Below, piece after piece: positions 58,581 through 64,000 of a stretch of 64,000 bases of DNA. Under the pieces are notes generated by a model, which saw nothing but the letters and a program-made list of their open reading frames with translations, made no database searches and was not told the DNA's origin. The DNA comes from Deinococcales bacterium (lineage in GTDB: Bacteria > Deinococcota > Deinococci > Deinococcales > JAAFIG01), in contig JAYVRX010000047.1 in assembly GCA_043775825.1 (NCBI GenBank), positions 7,027 through 71,026 on the forward strand, in the 5' to 3' direction. Positions within the stretch are counted from its first letter, which is position 1. Every line of letters starts with the position of its first letter. Made by a program: the position numbers and the translations under genes.

Positions 58581-59366
58581 TTATGAACTCGCGCTGGTGT
58601 AATTCCTGAGCGCAAACTTCCAGAACAACCTCGAGATTGTCAACAACAACAATGCGACACCCAAAGCGCCAAGTGCCGTCTCGAGTTTGCCGCGTCCAAT
58701 CAGGGCTTCGGCGGGAACGGTGGTAATGAATGCGACAGGAATCACGAAGGTAAACAAGATTCGTCCCCACCCTGGGAAGGCGGTCACCGGAAACTGCCCG
58801 GCGCGAAAAAATCCCCAGAACAATTCAGTAATGTTTTCGACGCCGACCCACCAAAAGGCAGTGGTACAAAGCATCAGCCAGATTGAATACACCGAGGCAA
58901 AGCCAGCCAAAATCAGCAAGACCGCAATCAAAATTCCTGGCGCTTGAACGCTGGCGAGTCGCGTGCTGGCGTAAACGATTAGACCCGTGCCAATGAACAG
59001 ATCGGCAATGCGCAAAATGTTGACGTTGCGGCTCGAGACTAGAAATTGCGAATCGAGCGGTTTTAACAGCGTGAAATCCATGCTGCCCGTGCGAACACCC
59101 TCACTGATTTTGTTGAGGTTTGGGTACAAAAACATGCCCATGTACCCTTCAATCAATGTGAACACGCCAACCACCACGATGGCTTCAAGTTGATTCCAAC
59201 CGCCGAGACTCGAGCCGTTTGAGAGCAACACCGACAAGCCAAACAAACTACCGACAGCGGTAAACAGCGAACCAACCAAATTGACAATAAAGTTCGCACG
59301 GTACTCGAGTTGAGCGGCAATGCTCGAGCCAGCAAAAATGGAGATCAGGCGAAAGTAGCGTTTCAT
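58581..59366 (-). CDS. ABC-2 family transporter permease
   Basis: Six TM segments. ATGA overlap with the upstream permease. Start moved to ATG 59366. Confidence 0.8.
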   Translation of the reverse strand: MKRYFRLISIFAGSSIAAQLEYRANFIVNLVGSLFTAVGSLFGLSVLLSNGSSLGGWNQLEAIVVVGVFTLIEGYMGMFLYPNLNKISEGVRTGSMDFTLLKPLDSQFLVSSRNVNILRIADLFIGTGLIVYASTRLASVQAPGILIAVLLILAGFASVYSIWLMLCTTAFWWVGVENITELFWGFFRAGQFPVTAFPGWGRILFTFVIPVAFITTVPAEALIGRGKLETALGALGVALLLLTISRLFWKFALRNYTSASS

Positions 59367-60199
59367 GCGCCCACCGCGCCGTACTTTTTTAGACCCGCTC
59401 GCCATAAAATGGCTCGCAAGACTGTAAACAGCACAATCCACCCCAGCAACATGCCAATCACGCGCAAGGTTTCAGACGGCTCGAGCGTGCCAGTCAAGAC
59501 TTTGGCGGGATAATAAACCATGTACGGAAATGGCGTCCATTCAATCACGGCACGCAAGCCCGCAGGAAAAAACTCGAGCGGCGCAAAACCTCCCGCCAGA
59601 AAAGTCAGAAGCACGTAATAAAATTCGTCGAAGGCGGTGGCGTTTTCAAACCAGAAGCACAACGTGCCAATGCAAAACGCGATCATAAAACGCATTAAAA
59701 ACGCCATTTGAATCACCAACAGGTACTCGAGCACATGCCAAACATCTGGGGTGAGGCGCGTGCCTGGAACAATAAACGTTCCAGCAACCACGAATGCCAG
59801 AATAAACGGACCTCGGACGAAACGTTCGGTGAAATGCCGAAAAAATTGTTCCCAAAATGGGTCCATTGGGCGCAGGAGTCTCGAGGAAAGTTCACCCTGC
59901 CGAATTTGAAAATCGAGTTCCCACGCGACCCACGCCACGGTCAGTTGTTGCGAAACCCAGGCGGCAAGAAAGTAGGCTGCAAAACTGGCAGGACTAAAAT
60001 TCCCCACGCTGCCACCGTTGGCGTTGGCTTTGCCGATCCAGACGCTCATCATGATTAAGGGCACAACACCCGAAAGCATCCAGATCAAAATTTCGGCGCG
60101 GTAGATGGTCATGTGTGCGAAGTACACCGTGAACATGGCTTTGGATTTGCGCCACATGTTCTCGAGTAAACCCATTTGGGTTTCAGTCTCGAGTTTCAT
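59363..60199 (-). CDS. ABC-2 family transporter permease
   Basis: Multi-TM protein, overlaps the ATPase gene stop. Confidence 0.8.
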   Translation of the reverse strand: MKLETETQMGLLENMWRKSKAMFTVYFAHMTIYRAEILIWMLSGVVPLIMMSVWIGKANANGGSVGNFSPASFAAYFLAAWVSQQLTVAWVAWELDFQIRQGELSSRLLRPMDPFWEQFFRHFTERFVRGPFILAFVVAGTFIVPGTRLTPDVWHVLEYLLVIQMAFLMRFMIAFCIGTLCFWFENATAFDEFYYVLLTFLAGGFAPLEFFPAGLRAVIEWTPFPYMVYYPAKVLTGTLEPSETLRVIGMLLGWIVLFTVLRAILWRAGLKKYGAVGA

Positions 60200-61176
60200 G
60201 GTTTCACCGTTTGACTTTGAAACAATTCGCCAATGATTTCTTCAATATCAGGGTCTTGAATCGTCACGTCAGCCACAGGTAAATCCGAAAGTAAACGCCC
60301 CGAGATTTTACTTGTCTCCAGACGTGGCACAAGTAATTCTGCAAACAAACCATCCATGCTTTTGACCGTTGCATACGACTCGAGCACATGCTTTTCGACG
60401 GGTCTGGACAACTCGAGCCTAACGATTTTTGCGGGACTCGAGCGTTCGATAAGCGCTGAAAGATCACCATCAAAAATAATGCGTCCTTTGTCCACTACGA
60501 TAATGCGCTTACACAATGCCGTCACGTCTGCCATGTAATGCGAGGTGAGGATGACGGTGGCGTTAAAACGTTGATTGTACGCCGCGACAAATTCCCGAAT
60601 GCGCACTTGCATGTTGACATCCAAACCGATGGTCGGTTCGTCCAAAAAAAGGACTTTCGGACGGTGCAACAACGCCGCCGCAAGTTCGCATTTCATCCGT
60701 TCGCCCAAGGACAACTTGCGGACTTGCTTTTTCAGAATACCCTCCAAATCGAGCAGTTCGGTAAATTCTTTCATGGTGGCGCGAAACTCGAGGTCAGGGA
60801 TTTCGTAAATGGCTTGGTTGACCAAAAAACTGTCCAAGGCGGGTAAATCCCACAACAACTGCTGCTTTTGCCCCATCACCAGCGTAATGGTTTTTAGAAA
60901 GCTCGAGCGTCGTTCAAACGGCGTGAAACCCGCGACTTTTGCCATGCCAGCCGTTGGATGCAGCAAGCCCGCCAACATTTTTAAGGTGGTGGTTTTGCCC
61001 GCACCGTTTGCGCCCAAGAATCCAACCATCTCACCCGCGTCAATCTTAAAACTGACGCCATCCACGGCTTTGACGGTTTTTGTTTTGCGAGAAAAAAACG
61101 ATCTTAAACTGCCCGCAATGCCAGGTTCTTTTTCATTCACCGTGTAATGCTTTTCGAGGTTGGCAACTTCAATCAT
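60196..61176 (-). CDS. ABC transporter ATP-binding protein
   Basis: GANGAGKTT Walker A, LSLGERMK signature, LFLDEPT Walker B. Confidence 0.92.
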   Translation of the reverse strand: MIEVANLEKHYTVNEKEPGIAGSLRSFFSRKTKTVKAVDGVSFKIDAGEMVGFLGANGAGKTTTLKMLAGLLHPTAGMAKVAGFTPFERRSSFLKTITLVMGQKQQLLWDLPALDSFLVNQAIYEIPDLEFRATMKEFTELLDLEGILKKQVRKLSLGERMKCELAAALLHRPKVLFLDEPTIGLDVNMQVRIREFVAAYNQRFNATVILTSHYMADVTALCKRIIVVDKGRIIFDGDLSALIERSSPAKIVRLELSRPVEKHVLESYATVKSMDGLFAELLVPRLETSKISGRLLSDLPVADVTIQDPDIEEIIGELFQSQTVKP

Positions 61177-61380
61177 GAATACATAAGTTTAACTCGAGTT
61201 GTGCTGGGCAGACATGGGCATATTGACGTATTGCAATCTGAAATTAAGTGGTTTTGACATCAAGCTTTCTCGAGTTTCACGTCTTCGTAAATCTCTTCAA
61301 GCGTCATTGAAAACTCGAAATTCTAAGTTTGCCCCTCCTTCCTCTCGTCGGGTACAATAAAACGTTTATTGGAGGACACT

Positions 61381-62130
61381 ATGAAACCATTACTTGCCTT
61401 AAATTGGAAATTGCAAAAAGGACCTGCCGAAGCCCTAAACTGGAGCAAATCGCTGCTCGAGAAACTGCCCTCTCCTCTGCCCGCAGATTTGGCGATCATG
61501 TCGCCCACCATCAGCCTAAGCGCCGTCGCTAGCGTACTTTCTGGCTCGAGCGTGGCGTTTGGAGCGCAGGATGTCAGCGCTCAGAGCAAGGGTGCGTTCA
61601 CAGGTGAAACCGCCGCCGCCTGGTTGCTCGAGTTGGGTTGCAAGTACGCGGTGATCGGTCACAGTGAACGCCGCGAGTACCACGGTGAAACGGACGCGAT
61701 TGCCAATGCAAAAGTGAAGGCAACGCAAGCCGTGGGTTTAACCCCAATTTTGTGCGTTGGCGAAAAGCTCGAGATTCGTGAAGCTGGAAATGCAGAATCT
61801 TATACGGTGGGGCAACTCGAGGTGGCGCTGAACGGTGTCGAAGTGAATTCTGATGATTCATTGGTGATTGCTTACGAACCGATCTGGGCGATAGGCACGG
61901 GCAAAACCGCCACGCCAGACGATGCCGAAAACATGGGCAACGCAATTCGGGCGTTCTTGGACGGCAAGTACGGTGCGAAGTCGGCGCACATTCGAGTTTT
62001 GTACGGCGGCAGCGTCAAATCGGACAACATCAAAGCCCTGTGCGCCCGCAGCAACGTAGACGGCGCTTTGGTCGGAGGCGCAGCCCTCGAGTTGGACAGC
62101 GTACTTGGCATGTTAAACGCTCTGGCGTAA
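61381..62130 (+). CDS. tpiA: Triosephosphate isomerase
   Basis: LNWKL, IGHSERR, AYEPIWAIGTG, YGGSV motifs. SD ggagga before ATG 61381. Confidence 0.95.
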   Translation: MKPLLALNWKLQKGPAEALNWSKSLLEKLPSPLPADLAIMSPTISLSAVASVLSGSSVAFGAQDVSAQSKGAFTGETAAAWLLELGCKYAVIGHSERREYHGETDAIANAKVKATQAVGLTPILCVGEKLEIREAGNAESYTVGQLEVALNGVEVNSDDSLVIAYEPIWAIGTGKTATPDDAENMGNAIRAFLDGKYGAKSAHIRVLYGGSVKSDNIKALCARSNVDGALVGGAALELDSVLGMLNALA

Positions 62131-62139
62131 TCTGGTTTC

Positions 62140-62985
62140 ATGACAAAATTTGGGGTGGTCGGAGCGGGTCAGATGGGTGCAGGCATCGCGCAGGTGGCAG
62201 CTTTGAGCGGTTTTGAGGTTGTGCTGCGCGATGTCGAAACTCGGTTTCTCGAGCGTGGAAAAAGTATTATTGAAAAGAGTTTGGATAAATTTGTCGAAAA
62301 AGGCAAACTCGAGCTTGATGATCGCAACGCCGCACTGAGCAAAATTCAGTACACGACCTCACTCGAGGATTTTGCGGATTGTGATTTGGTGGTTGAAGCG
62401 ATTCTCGAGAACAAGAATTTAAAACTCGAGTTGTTCCAGAACCTTGGACGGATTGTCAAACCGAGCGGGATTCTTGCCAGCAACACCTCGAGCATCCCAA
62501 TTACGGAACTTGCCACGGCATCAAACAGACCTGCGCAATTTATTGGAATGCACTTCATGAATCCTGTGCCGCTGATGGCTTTGGTTGAGGTGATTCGCGG
62601 GTATTCGACCTCCACTGAAACGCTCACATTCACACTCGAGACTGCCAAAAAAATGGGCAAAACGCCAGTGCAGTGCAATGATTTTCCTGGTTTTGTCAGC
62701 AACCGTATTCTGATGCCCATGCTGAACGAGGCGATTCAGTGCGTGATGGAAGGCGTTGCCGAACCCGAGGCGATAGATCAGATCATGAAACTCGGTATGA
62801 ATCATCCGATGGGTCCGTTAACGCTTGCCGATTTTATTGGTCTTGACACCTGCTTGGCGATCATGAAAGTGCTGCATGAAGGCTTGGGTGACGATAAATA
62901 CCGTCCGTCGCCGTTGCTACGGAAAATGGTGCAAGCTGGGTTATTGGGGCGCAAATCCAAACGCGGTTTTTACGAGTATGATTAA
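62140..62985 (+). CDS. hbd: 3-hydroxybutyryl-CoA dehydrogenase
   Basis: [14 protein letters not shown] Rossmann start, with NTSS, HFMNPV and GFVSNR motifs. Confidence 0.93.
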   Translation: MTKFGVVGAGQMGAGIAQVAALSGFEVVLRDVETRFLERGKSIIEKSLDKFVEKGKLELDDRNAALSKIQYTTSLEDFADCDLVVEAILENKNLKLELFQNLGRIVKPSGILASNTSSIPITELATASNRPAQFIGMHFMNPVPLMALVEVIRGYSTSTETLTFTLETAKKMGKTPVQCNDFPGFVSNRILMPMLNEAIQCVMEGVAEPEAIDQIMKLGMNHPMGPLTLADFIGLDTCLAIMKVLHEGLGDDKYRPSPLLRKMVQAGLLGRKSKRGFYEYD

Positions 62986-62988
62986 CCC

Positions 62989-63216
62989 ATGACACTCGAA
63001 CGCATTACCGTAAATCCAAACAAAATGGGTGGGAAACCGTGTATTCGTGGCATGAGAATTACAGTTGGTACAATTGTGGGATTGATTGCCAGTGATCTAA
63101 GTACCGATGAAGTGCTCGAGTTGTACCCACTTTTAGAACGTGAGGATATTACAGCCGCTTTGACGTATGCAGCATGGCGTTCTAAAGAATACGAAGTCGA
63201 AGTTGGATCAGTTTGA
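62989..63216 (+). CDS. DUF433-family antitoxin-like protein
   Basis: ITVNPNKMGGKPCIRGMRITVGTIVGLI...ELYPLLEREDITAAL. Confidence 0.85.
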   Translation: MTLERITVNPNKMGGKPCIRGMRITVGTIVGLIASDLSTDEVLELYPLLEREDITAALTYAAWRSKEYEVEVGSV

Positions 63217-63587
63217 AATTGTTGATTGATGTTAACCTCAGCCCAAGATGGCGTGATTTTCTTAAAGAACACAGCATTGAAGTTCTGCTGTGGGCAGATG
63301 TTGGTAGTGTTGATGCTGACGACATTGAGATCATGCAGTACGCTCGAGATCATGGTTTTGTGATTTTCACTAATGATCTTGATTTCGGGCATTTGTTGGC
63401 TGTGACCAATCACAACACACCCAGCGTGATTCAAATTCGGACAAACTTACTAATTCCCAAACACGTTGGGAAACTGCTGTTAGAAGCATTGGTTCAGTTT
63501 CAGTTCGAGTTGGAATCTGGTTCACTGGTGACAATAGAAGACCAAAAACTACGAGCACGAGTGCTACCCATACAACCACGGAATTAA
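63213..63587 (+). CDS. DUF5615 / Mut7-C-like PIN-fold toxin partner of DUF433
   Basis: MKLLIDVNLSPRW...IFTNDLDFGHL. 4-nt overlap with the DUF433 gene. Confidence 0.8.
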   Translation: MKLLIDVNLSPRWRDFLKEHSIEVLLWADVGSVDADDIEIMQYARDHGFVIFTNDLDFGHLLAVTNHNTPSVIQIRTNLLIPKHVGKLLLEALVQFQFELESGSLVTIEDQKLRARVLPIQPRN

Positions 63588-63652
63588 ATCGTATTTTTTG
63601 AGATTCTCGAGCATGGTTCTTCAAACCTTTGAACTTGTTAAGATTCACTATC

Positions 63653-64000
63653 ATGTTTTCCCTTAATTCTGACCAAACCGCGATTCTCGAGATGGTGAAA
63701 GACTTTTGCAAGTCCGAAATCGCGCCGCTTGCCGCGCAGTATGACCGCTCGAGCGAGTTCCCGTGGGTGCAGTTGCGTAAACTTGCCGAGATTGGTTTGC
63801 TTGGCGCGATGATTCCCGAAGAACTCGGCGGTTCGGGGCTTGATTGCCTGACTTACGCCTTGTGTCTCGAGGAAATCAGTGCGGCGGATGCCAGCGTGGG
63901 TGTGATTGTCAGCGTCACCAATGGTTTACCACAGCAAATGCTCTTGAAGTACGGGTCACTCGAACAGCAACAAAAATTCTTAATACCACTGGCAAAAGGC
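63653..64000 (+). CDS. Acyl-CoA dehydrogenase (3'-truncated by window edge)
   Basis: Manual translation: MFSLNSDQTAILEMVKDFCKSEIAPLAAQYDRSSEFPWVQLRKLAEIGLLGAMIPEELGGSGLD...CLEEISAADASVGVIVSV. This is a typical ACAD N-terminal domain, open to nt 64000. Confidence 0.88.
   Translation, partial: MFSLNSDQTAILEMVKDFCKSEIAPLAAQYDRSSEFPWVQLRKLAEIGLLGAMIPEELGGSGLDCLTYALCLEEISAADASVGVIVSVTNGLPQQMLLKYGSLEQQQKFLIPLAKG

Overview
This is a 64-kb chromosomal window of about 50% GC by eye. It probably comes from a Deinococcus/Thermus-lineage bacterium. That is an inference from the look of EF-P and PGK, an archaeal/eukaryote-type ProRS and a leaderless-type promoter. The backbone is housekeeping and assimilation genes: gap-pgk, proS, tRNA-Glu, efp, pheS/pheT, a 7-gene sulfate-assimilation/siroheme operon (cysC-cysH-sat-tauE-sir-sirC-cobA), and nitrate/nitrite assimilation (nasA-nrtABD divergent from nirBD plus a hemD-like gene). 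It also holds an ABC-2 exporter, tpiA, hbd and the 5' end of an acyl-CoA dehydrogenase. Accessory material is interspersed: seven toxin-antitoxin loci (two degraded), three large secreted lipoproteins (PA14 mosaic, GH55-like beta-helix, G8 beta-helix), a STAND/BTAD regulator next to a small secreted Cys-peptide operon, and a decayed four-helix-bundle gene cassette between pheS and pheT. There are also two families of intergenic hairpin repeats. The dominant anomaly is genome-style. The palindrome CTCGAG occurs about once per 130-150 bp. I hand-counted about 95 copies in the first 14.8 kb, against about 3.6 expected. It appears in all three reading frames, in non-coding DNA and in terminator stems, much like cyanobacterial HIP1. 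Blocks poor in CTCGAG mark probable recent imports. The second most interesting item is a 20-codon SD-preceded leader ORF ending in Arg-Cys-Cys-Pro-Cys-Cys-stop, located in the 5' leader of the sulfate-assimilation operon. I found no CRISPR array, rRNA gene, integrase or transposase. All coordinates and counts were derived by hand from the sequence and the ORF track and need computational confirmation.
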